A DNA stretch of 64,000 nt. Source: an uncultured Planctomycetota bacterium (GTDB lineage Bacteria > Planctomycetota > Planctomycetia > Pirellulales > Lacipirellulaceae). Positions 9,981 through 21,258 of the stretch are shown piece by piece. The DNA lies in contig CAVRBU010000002.1 of NCBI GenBank assembly GCA_963719315.1, forward strand, positions 1,088,001-1,152,000, written 5' to 3'. The notes beneath the pieces were generated by a model. It was not told the DNA's origin. It made no database searches and worked only from the letters and a program-made list of their open reading frames with translations. A program made the translations under genes and the position numbers. Position 1 is the stretch's first letter, and every line of letters starts with the position of its first letter.

Positions 9981-11186
9981 TCAGCGATCGATCTCGCCCA
10001 TCACGATATCCAACGAGCCAACAATCGCTGGCACGTCGGCAATGAGGCATCCGCGGCACAGCGCGTTGGTGACCGAGAGATTGCAGAAGCTGCTGCTGCG
10101 GGCGCGAACTCGCCACGGGATCGAGTCGCCGGAGCTAACCAGGTAAAAGCCCATCTGGCCTTTGGGCGCTTCCGTTTCCAAGTAACATTCGCCCTTGGGC
10201 AGTTTCTGTGCGAGCTTCATCGGCTCGCCGAAGCTGCCAGTCGAAGTGCTGTAGCGATCGATCGCCTGCCGGCACAAATCAACGCTCTGCACGACTTCCA
10301 ACATCCGCACGTAGAAACGATGCCAACAATCGCCGATCATGACCTCGTGCGGCACCGGCGGGTACTCGTGATCGCGCGGATAGTGGCCGTTGCGCTCACA
10401 GACGACCTCGAACGCGTAGCCATCGTACATCGCCGTGTAGATTTCTTCGCCGTCGCGGCGCATGTCGTGGTCGATGCCGCTGCCGCGGAGGACCGGGCCG
10501 CTGGTGCCGAAGTCGATCGCCATCTCGGGCGACAGCAAGCCGATTCCGGCGGTGCGCTTGACGAAGATCGAATTCGTCGTGAGCAGCGTGTGGTATTCGT
10601 CGATGATCGGCATGAATTGATCGAGGAACGTCTCGCACTTGTGCAGCCAGCCGCGTGGCAGGTCAGCGGTGGCGCCACCGGGGGTGAGGTAGCTGTACGT
10701 TAGCCGCGCGCCGCAGGCCTCCTCGAACAAATCCAGGATTCGCTCGCGCTCGCGGAAGGCGTACAAAAACGGGCTAAACGTGCCAAGGTCCAGACCGTAC
10801 GCGCCCATGCCGACTAAATGGCTGGCGATACGATTCAGTTCGCAGATCAGCACCCGCAGATGCCGGCCGCGCTCTGGCACGCGGTACCCCATCAGCTTCT
10901 CGACGCATAGTGACCAGCCGAGATTCATGTTCATTCCTGCCAGATAATCCATCCGATCGGTGTACGGAATCCACTGTCGCGGCGTGAGGTTCTCGCCGAT
11001 CTTTTCCGCGCAGCGGTGCAGGTAGCCAATGTGCGGTACGACCTCGGAAACGACCTCGCCATCGGTCCGCAGCACTAATCGCAACACGCCATGCGTGCTC
11101 GGATGCTGTGGGCCCATATTGACGAGCATCTCGTCCGTCCGGACGTCGAACTCGATGATGCGGGGGTCTTCTATCGTTGCGCTCAT
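9981..11186 (-). CDS. nuoD: NADH-quinone oxidoreductase subunit D
   Basis: NMGPQHPSTHGVLRL, IGYLHR, YTDRMDY, ELNRIASHL, EAPKG, GSLDIVMGEIDR. Confidence 0.96.
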   Translation of the reverse strand: MSATIEDPRIIEFDVRTDEMLVNMGPQHPSTHGVLRLVLRTDGEVVSEVVPHIGYLHRCAEKIGENLTPRQWIPYTDRMDYLAGMNMNLGWSLCVEKLMGYRVPERGRHLRVLICELNRIASHLVGMGAYGLDLGTFSPFLYAFRERERILDLFEEACGARLTYSYLTPGGATADLPRGWLHKCETFLDQFMPIIDEYHTLLTTNSIFVKRTAGIGLLSPEMAIDFGTSGPVLRGSGIDHDMRRDGEEIYTAMYDGYAFEVVCERNGHYPRDHEYPPVPHEVMIGDCWHRFYVRMLEVVQSVDLCRQAIDRYSTSTGSFGEPMKLAQKLPKGECYLETEAPKGQMGFYLVSSGDSIPWRVRARSSSFCNLSVTNALCRGCLIADVPAIVGSLDIVMGEIDR

Positions 11187-11204
11187 AGTTACGAAATCCG
11201 AGTC

Positions 11205-11280
11205 AAATGACCAATGACCAAGCACAAATAACCAACCATATTCTCCGATCTGGTCATTGGAATTTGGTCATTGGTCATTG
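11205..11280. repeat. Inverted pair of heptamer tandem repeats (AATGACC/GGTCATT family) between nuoC and nuoD
   Basis: AAATGACCAATGACCAA...TGGTCATTGGAATTTGGTCATTGGTCATTG. Confidence 0.75.
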
Positions 11281-11288
11281 TTTTATGA

Positions 11289-11819
11289 CTACCTCCCGCG
11301 AATGCCATGATATTCCAACGGCATCTCATAATCTTTGCGGAGCGGATGGCCGACCCAATCTTCGGGGCACAGTATGCGCCGCAAATTCGGATGGCCCGTG
11401 AAATACACGCCGGACAGATCGAATACTTCGCGCTCGTGCCAATCCGCCGTGCTCCACAGGCCGGAGACGCTCGGCAACTCCGGCAACTCGCCCGGCTTGT
11501 CGTTGTTCCATCGCGGCAGCATTACCTTGAGCACGAGGCTGTGCTTATGTTTCATACTGTACAGGTGGTAGACGACTTCCGTGTGCGGCTGCCATTCGCT
11601 CTTGGCTGCCTTCTTTTCATCGGTGTGCAGATAATCCACGCCCGAAATGCAGCTTAGGTAATCGAACGACAGGCCGGGATCATCGCGCAGGTAGCGGCAG
11701 ACTTCCAACAGCCCATCCGGCGTGACCTCGATCCACGGATCGATATTTTCCAAGTTCGCGCCGCTAATCTTGGCGCCGAACTTGGACTTCAATTGCTCAA
11801 CAAATGCAGTTCCAGCCAT
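11289..11819 (-). CDS. nuoC: NADH-quinone oxidoreductase subunit C
   Basis: FDYLSCISGVDY, EVVYHLYS, ADWHEREVFDLSGVYFTGHPNLRRILCPEDWVGHPLRKDY. Confidence 0.95.
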   Translation of the reverse strand: MAGTAFVEQLKSKFGAKISGANLENIDPWIEVTPDGLLEVCRYLRDDPGLSFDYLSCISGVDYLHTDEKKAAKSEWQPHTEVVYHLYSMKHKHSLVLKVMLPRWNNDKPGELPELPSVSGLWSTADWHEREVFDLSGVYFTGHPNLRRILCPEDWVGHPLRKDYEMPLEYHGIRGR

Positions 11820-11876
11820 CTTCGATTTGCTCTCGAGCTCGGCGAGCCGGGCCATCTGCGGCCCCGGCGGTTTTCG

Positions 11877-12503
11877 TTATGCAGAAAGGATCGACTGACT
11901 CGGCTCCAACGCCCGCGGTGTGGGTGGCGGTCGATGAGCGGGTTGCGGCCGCTCGCGCGTCATTGCTCGCACCCAGTCGAGATCCCCCCGCTTCCATACA
12001 TAGGCAAAACCAACCAGCAGCACGCCGAAGAACACGCCGATATCGGCCAACGAGGCGAGTGCCAGCCCATGAGCCGCCTGCCGCAATTCCGGGCTGTCGG
12101 CCACAGCCGCTGGCACACTGGGCAGGCCCAGCTCGCGCAAACGGGCCGCCGTCACTTGCTCTATTACGCCATTCGAGCCGCTCGACGCCGCATCGGCCGC
12201 CACGGCAGCCGGCGGTCCAGCCGCAAGCTCCGTCACCTTGCCGAAAACCGCCGCCCACGGGAAAAAGAACGCCACTTCCACATCGAAAATGATGAACAGC
12301 AGCGCAACCACGTAAAACCGCAGGTCGAACTGCACGAAGCTCGAACCGATAGTCGGCTCGCCGCACTCGTATACCTCCAGTTTTTCGACGTTCGGCAACC
12401 GCGGCCGCACCAACCAACCGAGCACCAGATTCGCAAACAGGAACAAAAAGCCCGTCAGCGCGAACAGAGCGACGTAAGCGGCGATGGCGGTGGGGGTGGC
12501 CAT
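11877..12503 (-). CDS. nuoA: NADH-quinone oxidoreductase subunit A, with an extended loop between TM2 and TM3
   Basis: EKLEVYECGEPTIG, FYVVALLFIIFDVEVAFFFPWA, GFAYVWKRGDLDW. Confidence 0.93.
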   Translation of the reverse strand: MATPTAIAAYVALFALTGFLFLFANLVLGWLVRPRLPNVEKLEVYECGEPTIGSSFVQFDLRFYVVALLFIIFDVEVAFFFPWAAVFGKVTELAAGPPAAVAADAASSGSNGVIEQVTAARLRELGLPSVPAAVADSPELRQAAHGLALASLADIGVFFGVLLVGFAYVWKRGDLDWVRAMTRERPQPAHRPPPTPRALEPSQSILSA

Positions 12504-12510
12504 GAGTTTT

Positions 12511-12583
12511 AGTCCATTGTCCGTAATCGGTTGTCCGTTGCAATCTCTACTTTCGCCCGTAACGGACCACGGACCACGGACAA
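12511..12583. repeat. Inverted heptamer repeats (TCCGTTG/CCACGGA family) between nuoI and nuoA
   Basis: GTCCATTGTCCGTAATCGGTTGTCCGTTGC ... AACGGACCACGGACCACGGACAA. Confidence 0.65.
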
Positions 12584-12586
12584 AAC

Positions 12587-13135
12587 CTACTGATTCGGCC
12601 CGCCGTGAACGGGCTCGGTAATTACCTTGGAATCGGCCACCGCCGTGGGGTTGAGCGTCGCTCGGCCCCATGCCACGTCCAGCGGCATCCGCGAAAAATC
12701 TACGATGCAACCATCGCGGCTGTAGCAGCTCAAATCGTGCGTCGCACCCATAAATATGCAATCGACCGGGCACGGCTCGACGCACAGCGCACAGAACATG
12801 CACTTCGTATAGTCGATCGTGTAGCCGGTGATCTTGAAACCCTTGCCGCCTTCAACGCGTTCCTTGCCGATGTAAATGCAATCGACCGGGCAGGCCTTCG
12901 CACACTGATCGCACGCGATGCACGTCGTCAAATCGAAGCGGTGGAAGCCCCGGTAGCGGGCAGCCACCGGCACCGGCAACTCCGGGTATTCGAAGTGCTC
13001 AGTGAACGTCTTTCGTTCAGGCCGATACGTCTTGAGCGCGGTCCGGAACGTGACCCATAGGCCGTGACCTACGGTGTAAACCGTATCCACGACATTGCCC
13101 ATCCAGGGCCAGATAGCCTTCAACGCATTGATCAT
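12587..13135 (-). CDS. nuoI: NADH-quinone oxidoreductase subunit I (2x[4Fe-4S])
   Basis: EYPE...[18 protein letters not shown] and [12 protein letters not shown]. Confidence 0.93.
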   Translation of the reverse strand: MINALKAIWPWMGNVVDTVYTVGHGLWVTFRTALKTYRPERKTFTEHFEYPELPVPVAARYRGFHRFDLTTCIACDQCAKACPVDCIYIGKERVEGGKGFKITGYTIDYTKCMFCALCVEPCPVDCIFMGATHDLSCYSRDGCIVDFSRMPLDVAWGRATLNPTAVADSKVITEPVHGGPNQ

Positions 13136-13326
13136 TGGGCCGCGATATTTCCTAAGCAGATCGGCAGTCAGTGGTATAGTAAAACGGCGACCAGAAAGGT
13201 GCGCATCCGACATACGGCAACTCGCCGCATGGCAATCCTGCACCCACGTCGCCTATATGTTTGCGGTCGATTATAGGGCGTTCGCCAATCGATCCGCAAC
13301 CGGCAATTCGAGACGGAGCGGACGAC

Positions 13327-14856
13327 GGGGTAGGCGTCTCGATTGTTGGTGGGAAATCTGCTCTGCTGAAGGGTCTGTGACAATTGGGGGGTAATTCTCG
13401 AACTCGAAGACCGGAGAGCAGAGCGATGGCCAAGCAGATCAAGGCGTTGGAACTGGACCTGACAGCGGAAGAGGAAGCGGCGGCGGAGCGGATTTACGAG
13501 TCGCTCAAGGGCCAGGCCGAACAGCAGTTGAAGAACATGGCGCGGATGATGGCGGCGAAGAAGCCCGAGGAGTTGTTGGGCCGCGGCGAGTTCGAGTTGC
13601 GGGACATGTTGTTCGATTTGGGAGCGAACGTGCTGGAGACCGCCACCAACGAGTGTGTAAAAAAGGGGCGCTTATCAGGGAGCTAGCTTAGCCTGCTCCT
13701 GCGGCGGCAGCGCGAAGTTCATCGACTGGCGAACGAAAGGATTGGTCAGCCTGCTGGGAGACATCCGTTTGACGCGGACCTATTACTACTGCTGCCAGTG
13801 CGGCGCGAGCCAGCAGCCCTGGGACGAGCGGCTGGGCCTCACCCCGCGGCACGTCACGCCCGGCGCGGAGGAACTGGCGTCGCTGGCCGGCACGCTGAGC
13901 AGCTTTGGCTTGGCGGCCGAACGAGCCTTGGTCCGCATGAGTGGCATTCGGTTGGCGGAGTCGACCGTGCTGCGCGTCACGGAAGAAGCGGGCCAACGCT
14001 TGGGAGCGAAACTCGCGGCCAAGCAAACGTTTGGCCCCCAGGAAGACTGGCTTTGGCAACGGGATGCCGAGGGTCGGCACTGCGCTACCTGGCCGTCGAT
14101 CACACGGGGGTGCCGCAGCAGGCCATCGGCGGTGGCCCGGCGGAGTCGCGGATGGCCGCGGTGGCGATGGTCTTCAATGCGCGTTCGCCGTTCGAGGAAC
14201 AACCAGCCCAAGATCCACACCAAGTGCGGTATTTGGCCGGTTTTCATGATTTAGACGATTTGGGGCTGCAATGGCGCCGGCAGGCCGCGCAGGTCGGCTG
14301 GGACCACGCCGAGCAACAGATCGCGCTGACCGACGGCGCTCCTTGCTTGGAGCGTTTCATCGAGAAGAACGCGCCGCTGGCGGTGCGGATCCTCGACTTT
14401 TACCATGCCAGTGAGCACGTGGCCGAATTGGCTCGTGCACTTCACCCGGGCGATGACGGCGCCTTTGCCAAACGACAACGTGACTGGTGTCACAAGCTCA
14501 AGCACGAAGGAGGAGCAGCGCTCGTGGCCAGTTGGGAATCGCTCGATCAGAGCGACTGGAACGAGGCCCAGCGGGAGTGCTACCGACAACAAGCACAATA
14601 CGTGCGGAACAACGTCCATCGCATGGACTATCCCACGTACTTGACCCGCGGTTGGATGATCGGCTCCGGTCCGGTGGAAGCCGCGTGCAAGCTGGTCGTG
14701 GGAGGACGGCTCAAAGGCAGCGGGATGCGCTGGCGAGAGCCCGGCAGCGACAGCGTCTGCCACCTCCGCGCCCTGTTCCTCGGCCAGCCCGGACAGTGGG
14801 AAGGCTTCTGGTATCAGACTGCCGTCTAATACCACCAACAAAAAAGACGCCCACCC
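13327..14856 (+). mobile_element. ISKra4-type (IS256/Mutator-like) insertion sequence
   Basis: Imperfect ~25-bp IRs GGGTAGGCGTCTCGATTGTTGGTGG / CCACCAACAAAAAAGACGCCCACCC; 9-bp target duplication GCGGACGAC (13318-13326, 14857-14865). Confidence 0.88.
13426..14829 (+). CDS. ISKra4-type transposase; -1 slippery site A-AAA-AAG at 13659-13665 and an extra frameshift near 14083
   Basis: SLLGDIRLTRTYYYCCQCG, LTDGAP, ILDFYHASEHV, RMDYPTYLTRGWMIGSGPVEAACK..RLKGSGMRW. Confidence 0.85.
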
Positions 14857-15360
14857 GCGGACGACCGGACTACCTTTGTGACTGATTGTCGGCCCCTGAC
14901 CGAGGAGCGAGCATTCCGGTCTGCCACTCCCTCACCGCCACAGCGGTCGCTGCTCGCCCGTGACGAAGCGTTTGCGGACTTGGCGCCAACGACGGCTAGC
15001 CTGCTGCTCGCCGTCACGCACCCCGCAACGGCGGCGTTTGACGAGGCGGAGGCCGGCTCAGCGCTTAGCGAGGCCGCCGGGAATGTTGGCTCCGACCTCT
15101 CGAACCCCACGCCGGAGTGGGAAGCGGTATTTGAACAATTCGCTAAACGAATCGAATAGCTGCAGCTTCAGTGCGTAACATACTTTCTGTCAGGTACTTA
15201 CACAAAGTTGGTGAGAAGCCGATCGCAAGCGCAACCGAAACATGCTGGTACGACTCGTTCGAAACTGATTTACAGATTCATCGTGTAATCTGGTAGATTT
15301 GTTACGTCGTCAGGCCAATTCAAGTTTTGCCGGCTGAATGCGAAGTAGGTTGAAGGACTT

Positions 15361-17052
15361 ATGGCGAATGCGTTTGCAATTGGCGTTGATTACGGCACGA
15401 ACAGCGTTCGAGCGCTCGTGGTCAACTGCGCCACCGGTGAAGATATCGCCACGGAGGTGTACGATTACCGCTGCGGCGAGGCGGGTATCCTACTCGACCA
15501 GAGTGATCCAAATCTGGCCCGACAGAACCCGGCGGATTACGTTGAGGGTTTCTTCGCCTCCGTTGGCGGCGCGGTGGAGAGGGCCAAAGCTATCCCGTCG
15601 TTCTCCCCGGACCGCGTGGTCGGAATTGGCATTGATACGACCGGTTCAACGCCCCTGCCCGTCGATGCCGACGGTGCCCCGTTGGCCTTTCACGACGTAT
15701 TCAAGGATGATCTTGCGGCCCAAGCCTGGCTGTGGAAGGACCATACGGCTCACGAGGAGGCGCAAGCAATTACCCGCGCGGCCCGCGACGGAGGCTTCCC
15801 TTACTTGGCAAAGTGCGGCGGCGCGTATTCTTCGGAGTGGTACTGGTCCAAGATTCTTCATTGTATGCGTTCTGCTCCCCACGTAGCCAAAGCGGCTGCT
15901 TCGTGGGTCGAACTTGCAGATTTCGTTCCAGCCTACATCACGGGGAATCTGGCACCCGGCAAAATCGTTCGTGGAATCTGTGCCGCTGGACACAAAGCGA
16001 TGTATCACGCCGAGTGGGGCGGTCTGCCAAGCGCTGAGTTCCTCGATTCAATCCAGCCAGGGTTGTCGCGTTTTCGGTATGACGTCCCCGCTGTGGCCTC
16101 GAACCATAAAGCGGGCGAACTCACTGCCGAACTGGCCGATAAGGTAGGCTTGCCGGTCGGGATCCCGGTTGCTGTTGGCGCGTTCGACGCCCACATGGGG
16201 GCGGTCGGCGCCGGCTGCGGCAAGGGGATTCTCGTCAAGATCATCGGCACCAGCACGTGCGACTGCATGCCCGCTCCGATGACCGAAAAGCTGCCCGACA
16301 TCCCGGGCCTCTGCGGCATCGTGCCCGAGTCCATCATCCCTGGCATGTATGGCTTGGAAGCAGGCCAGTCGGCGGTGGGCGACATTTTCAATTGGTTCGT
16401 GAAGCAGCTTGCCCCTGCGAAATACGGTAGCGAATCAGAAGTTCACGCGAATCTCTCCGATGATGCGGCCCGGCTCCGTCCGGGCGAGTCGGGCCTGGTG
16501 GCACTCGACTGGAATAACGGCAATCGCACTGTTCTGGTCGACTCACAGCTCACCGGCTTGCTGGTCGGCCAGACGCTGCACACAAGCGCCGCCGAGATCT
16601 ACCGGGCACTCATCGAGGCAACCGCCTTGGGGGCGCTTACAATTATCAACCGCTTGGAAGAGTACAATGTCAAGGTCGATCAAGTGATTAACTGCGGCGG
16701 CATCGCAGAGAAAAATCCTTTGGTCATGCAAATCTATGCCGACGTCTGCAATCGACCGATGCGTATTAGCCGGTCCGCGCAAACCTGTGCGTTGGGCGCG
16801 GCGATTTTCGGCGCTGTGGTTGGCGGTGCGCATCCGACCGTGGAAGCGGCGCAAGCCAGCATGACCGGCGTGAAGGACATTGTTTACCTGCCAATTCCCG
16901 AGAATGTGGCCGTGTATCGGGCGTTGTACAAAATCTACCGCACGCTGCACGATGCCTTCGGCACGGAGGGCTTCTCCGGTTCGTTGTCTCACGTGATGAA
17001 GGACCTGATTGCGATTCGAAAGCGCGCTCGCAAAGGGTTGGCCGATGCTTGA
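15361..17052 (+). CDS. araB: Ribulokinase
   Basis: IGVDYGTNSVRA, ARQNPADY, GIGIDTTGSTPLPVD, LWKDHTA, YSSEWYWSKILH, GLEAGQSAVGD, ALDWNNGNRT. Confidence 0.96.
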   Translation: MANAFAIGVDYGTNSVRALVVNCATGEDIATEVYDYRCGEAGILLDQSDPNLARQNPADYVEGFFASVGGAVERAKAIPSFSPDRVVGIGIDTTGSTPLPVDADGAPLAFHDVFKDDLAAQAWLWKDHTAHEEAQAITRAARDGGFPYLAKCGGAYSSEWYWSKILHCMRSAPHVAKAAASWVELADFVPAYITGNLAPGKIVRGICAAGHKAMYHAEWGGLPSAEFLDSIQPGLSRFRYDVPAVASNHKAGELTAELADKVGLPVGIPVAVGAFDAHMGAVGAGCGKGILVKIIGTSTCDCMPAPMTEKLPDIPGLCGIVPESIIPGMYGLEAGQSAVGDIFNWFVKQLAPAKYGSESEVHANLSDDAARLRPGESGLVALDWNNGNRTVLVDSQLTGLLVGQTLHTSAAEIYRALIEATALGALTIINRLEEYNVKVDQVINCGGIAEKNPLVMQIYADVCNRPMRISRSAQTCALGAAIFGAVVGGAHPTVEAAQASMTGVKDIVYLPIPENVAVYRALYKIYRTLHDAFGTEGFSGSLSHVMKDLIAIRKRARKGLADA

Positions 17053-17740
17053 CGACCTCAAGGAACAAGTGTGCCAGGCCAACCTTGATCTGGTGAAGCA
17101 TGGCCTCGTAACGCTCACCTGGGGCAACGTGAGTGGCACCAGCGACGATCGTCGGCACGTCGTGATTAAACCCAGTGGCGTTCCGTACGACCAGATGCGG
17201 CCCGAGCACATGGTCGTGGTTGACCTTAACTGCAACGTGGTCGAAGGCAAAATGCGCGCTTCCAGCGACACTCCGACCCACGTCCTCTTGTACAAACACT
17301 TCGAGCGGGTCGGCGGCATCACGCACACGCACAGCCGCAACGCGACTATTTTCGCCCAGGCCCGAATGGAAATTTCCTGCCTCGGCACCACACATGCCGA
17401 TCATTTCCATGGGCCCATTCCCGTGACAAGGCAACTTACCGAACAGGAAGTGGCGGAGGACTACGAAGCCAACACCGGGAGAGTGATCATCGAACGTTTT
17501 GCCAAACTTGACCCCGTAGCCCTGCCGGCCGTATTGGTGGCCGGGCACGCGCCATTCACTTGGGGAGCCACGCCCGCCAAGTCGGTGGAGAATGCCGTCG
17601 CGCTGGAAGCGGTGGCAGAGTTGGCTTTGGGCGTGATGCATCTAGTCGCCGATCCTCCACCGTTGGAATCCTATGCCTTGGACAAACACTACCTTCGAAA
17701 ACATGGACCTGATGCCTGCTACGGTCAGGCAAGCAAGTAA
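17045..17740 (+). CDS. araD: L-ribulose-5-phosphate 4-epimerase
   Basis: ANLDLVKHGLVTLTWGNVS, IKPSGVPY, SSDTPTH, GGITHTHS, GTTHADHFHG, DKHYLRKHG. Confidence 0.96.
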   Translation: MLDDLKEQVCQANLDLVKHGLVTLTWGNVSGTSDDRRHVVIKPSGVPYDQMRPEHMVVVDLNCNVVEGKMRASSDTPTHVLLYKHFERVGGITHTHSRNATIFAQARMEISCLGTTHADHFHGPIPVTRQLTEQEVAEDYEANTGRVIIERFAKLDPVALPAVLVAGHAPFTWGATPAKSVENAVALEAVAELALGVMHLVADPPPLESYALDKHYLRKHGPDACYGQASK

Positions 17741-17743
17741 CTC

Positions 17744-19239
17744 ATGTTAAAGCTCGATCAATTCGAAGTGTGGTTCGTCACAGGCAGTCAGTATCTTTAC
17801 GGCGAAAAAACGCTGATCGAAGTTAACGATCACGCAAGAATCATTGCTCAGGGTTTGGCTGATTCTAAACAGCTGCCGGTCCGCGTTGTCTGTAAACCCG
17901 TGCTTACCACGCCCGAGGCGATCCTTGACGTGTGCCAGGCTGCCAACAGCGAGCCGAACTGCATTGGCTTGGCGGCCTGGATGCACACGTTCTCGCCCGC
18001 CAAGATGTGGATCGCCGGGCTCAAGGCGCTCCATAAGCCGCTGGTACACCTCCACACGCAATTCAACCGCGAGATTCCCTGGGCCACGATTGACATGAAC
18101 TTCATGAATTTGAACCAGTCGGCCCATGGTGGGCGCGAGTTCGGTTCATCTGCAGTCGGATGCGATTGCCGCGAAAAGTGGTCGTTGGCCATTGGCAGGA
18201 TCCACGAGTGCAGCGCGAACTGGGCATTTGGACCCGCGCCGCCGCCGCTCGCAACGACGCTCATACCGCCAAGATTGCCCGCATTGGCGACAACATGCGC
18301 GAGGTGGCCGTTACCGAAGGCGACAAAGTCGCTGCGCAAATACAGTTGGGCTATTCGGTCAACGGCTATGGGCTAGGTGATCTGGTGAAATGCGTGGAGG
18401 ACGTCTCCGATCACGCGGTCGATGAGCTATGTGTTGAATACGACGAAAGTTATCAGATGGCGCCTGAACTACGAGCCGAGGGTAAGCGCCGTGCGTCGCT
18501 TCGCGATGCGGCCCGTATCGAGTTGGGATTACGGGCATTCCTCACCGCCGGTGATTTTGTGGCCTTCACCGATACGTTTGAAAACTTACACGGCCTGAAG
18601 CAGTTGCCCGGTTTGGCCGTGCAACGTTTGATGAACGATGGCTACGGCTTCGGCGCCGAAGGCGATTGGAAGGCGGCCGCGTTGACGCGCACCGCCAAGG
18701 TGATGTCCGCGGGATTGAGAGGAGGCACTTCGTTCATGGAAGATTACACGTACCATCTCACCGGCGAGGATTCGATTTGCCTGGGAGCGCATATGTTGGA
18801 AATCTGTCCCTCCATCGCCCAAGGGAAACCCTCCTGCGAGGTTCATCCACTGGGGATCGGCGGCAAAGACGATCCGGTGCGACTGGTTTTTGACACGCCG
18901 CCGGGACCAGCCGTCAACGTGACGCTCGTGGACATGGGCAACCGCTTCCGCATGCTGCTGAATGAAGTGGAAGTCATCGCCCCGCCACAGGCGCTGCAAA
19001 AACTGCCTGTTGCACGTGCACTGTGGAAGCCGCTGCCGAACCTTAACGTCGCGGCCGCGGCGTGGATTCACGCCGGCGGTTCGCACCACCCGACTTTCAG
19101 CCAGGCCCTCACGACCGAGCACTTCGAAGACTTGGCGGAGATGAATGGCGTGGAGTTCTTGGTAATCGAGACCGAAACGCGGCTCCGAGAATTCAAGAGT
19201 GTGATCCGCTGGAACGACGCGACGGGAGCCTATTCCTAG
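17744..19239 (+). CDS. araA: L-arabinose isomerase; 1-nt frameshift near 18145
   Basis: [37 protein letters not shown] then (next frame) [43 protein letters not shown]. Confidence 0.95.
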
Positions 19240-19248
19240 ATAGTTTTT

Positions 19249-19293
19249 AAGTGCTCCCTGTTGGACTCGAACCAACAACCTACTGATTAAGAG
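19249..19293. repeat. att site: 45-bp direct repeat of the tRNA-Lys 3' half (distal island boundary)
   Basis: AAGTGCTCCCTGTTGGACTCGAACCAACAACCTACTGATTAAGAG is identical to 45302-45346. Confidence 0.95.
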
Positions 19294-19767
19294 GCAAGTT
19301 CTCAAGTGCCTCTCCATCACGGTTTTCGCCGTCTCCGCCCGATTTCGTGTCGTCTCGCTTGCTCGCCGCTTGTTTTCGTTGCCGGCTTTTGCGAGACCTG
19401 CTGATATGGTTGTCATGTAGCATACCGCCGGCGGTAGCGGCGCAGCTTCTCGACGCTTGGTGGCGACGTACCCGGGAAATCACCGGTGCCAGTCGCGATA
19501 GCTGGGCGACCGGATGCTGTGACAACGAGCTAGTTTTTAAGACTACTTGGCGTTTTGTGAGGTGACATAAGTTTCGATACGTCGCCGGCTGAAGATTTCG
19601 CCACCAAACGACTTTCGCCGACGAGTGCCGGCAAACGAAGGACGAGGGACTTGGGATCGGGGACGGGGGCCGAACGTGTTGGCAGACTCGCTCTAAAAGC
19701 AGCGGAACTCTTCACCCGATTCCGGGTCTGTGGCGGTGTTAGGGGCTAGACAGCCATACAGAAAACA

Positions 19768-20792
19768 TTAAATCAATCGTCCGACTCGATAGAACGAAGT
19801 GAACGACAAAGCCATGACCGTGCAGATTCCAGCCAGAGCAACGCTACTGGTTTCCGGAACCGAAACGCTAAGACCATTAGCGGCGTCCCGGACGGCCCCA
19901 AAGTTAGTCCTCCACTGATAGTATTGTGCTTCGCCAATGGCGTCACCAAAGAGACCACCATAAAGGTCATTGGGTAACGTCGTGATAGTACCCTCAGCCT
20001 TTCGCCAAACCACGTAGTCGGCTGCGTCCACGCGATTATCGTCGTTGTAATCGCCCCACAACACGGGGGTTGTGTCGAAACCCGTCAGGACAACAAAGTT
20101 GGGGTCGAACGGGCTATTAGGGCCATAGTGGACAGTAAAAGTTCCGAGACCTCCGATTTGTGGTGGTGACAAGTAAGGCACGAAAACTCTCGTTCCCGGC
20201 TTTGCATTGTCAAATTGACCCGTAAGGATACCAGCTTCAAGGACGACAAACGAATCACCAGCTGCTGGGATGAAGCCATTCGCGAGCGAGATCAATAATC
20301 TGCCGTCAAGGTCCGCGGCACCAGTTATCTTGACCTTATCCATGATGTTGTCGGCTGTGCCGCCGCCAATTTCAATTCCTATCGATCCCGTGTCTGACTG
20401 GGTATAGCTACCGTTAATGTGAGTTGTTCTGTCGATCGAGTCGTGAGGCTCCAACACGCCACCGTCGTTGGTTAAATCACCGGCGAAAATGCCTACCTTG
20501 AGTTCTCCGCCGGTAAACGAGAACGAACCATTCCCTCCACCCAAAACTATGTGACCGGCACTTGCGTCGAGCGTGCCGCCGCGCAGTTCATACCGACCCG
20601 CAGCTCCGGCTAACGCTGCAATCCATACATTTGATGCAGTTACCGTTCCGGAACTTTGAACAAACTCGCCATTGCTGCCCGAATAAAGCCCTACAAATAG
20701 CTGGTCACCGACGTTGACCGTAGCGAAACCGCTAATGCGCATCGTGCCGGATCCTTGGTGACCCACATACATGTTAAACTCTGATTCAAAAG
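19768..20792 (-). pseudogene. 5'-truncated secreted protein with Gly-rich beta-repeat region, dockerin-like motif and PEP-CTERM-like tail
   Basis: YVGHQGSGTMRISG repeats, GSYTQ..G...IEIGG, GDYNDDNRVDAADYVVWRK, WRTNFG, VPETSS+TM; no signal peptide, abuts the topoisomerase fragment. Confidence 0.75.
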
Positions 20793-21258
20793 CGCTTTCG
20801 AGCCAAAGGGGGCGTTCAGCGCGAAGTGGTGATAGAAGACAAACGGCTTGTGCGACTCGTGCGTCAACTGAAAAGATTGCCCGGCGCGCATCTATTTCAG
20901 TACCGAGACGAAGAGGGTGCGATCCACCGCGTCGATTCATTGCAGGTCAACTAGTATCTCCGCGAAGCAACCGGCGAAGAGACTATTACCGCCAAGGATT
21001 TTCGCACGTGGAAGGCGTCATCGCTTGCCGCGGAGCTCCTCTATGAGGAACGCTGGGCCGACACGTCGAAAGAGCGTAAGCGAGTGATCAACCAAGTTGT
21101 CGCCAATGTGGCGGAAACCCTAGGCAACACACCTGCCGCGTGCCGGAACAGTTACATTCACCCCGGCCTACTCGTGTCTTATGAAGCCGGGGAATTTGGC
21201 GATTACTTTCAGGGTTTTTCAGCTAACCGGTACAACCAACTGCGTCGACAGGAGTAAA
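20793..21258 (+). pseudogene. DNA topoisomerase IB, C-terminal fragment with an in-frame TAG at 20952-20954
   Basis: Manual translation: RFRAKGG...LPGAHLFQYRD...VN*YLREATGEETITAKDFRTWKAS...VAETLGNTPAACRNSYIHP (bacterial TopIB motifs including the catalytic Tyr); missed by the ORF track. Confidence 0.85.

Noticed and set aside
19249..19293. Second tRNA-Lys gene
   Set aside because: Only the 3' half up to the anticodon loop is present; it is an att repeat
19241..19541. TAGTTTTTAAG repeated at 19241 and 19531
   Set aside because: Only 11 bp and AT-rich, with no associated inverted repeats; cannot be separated from chance
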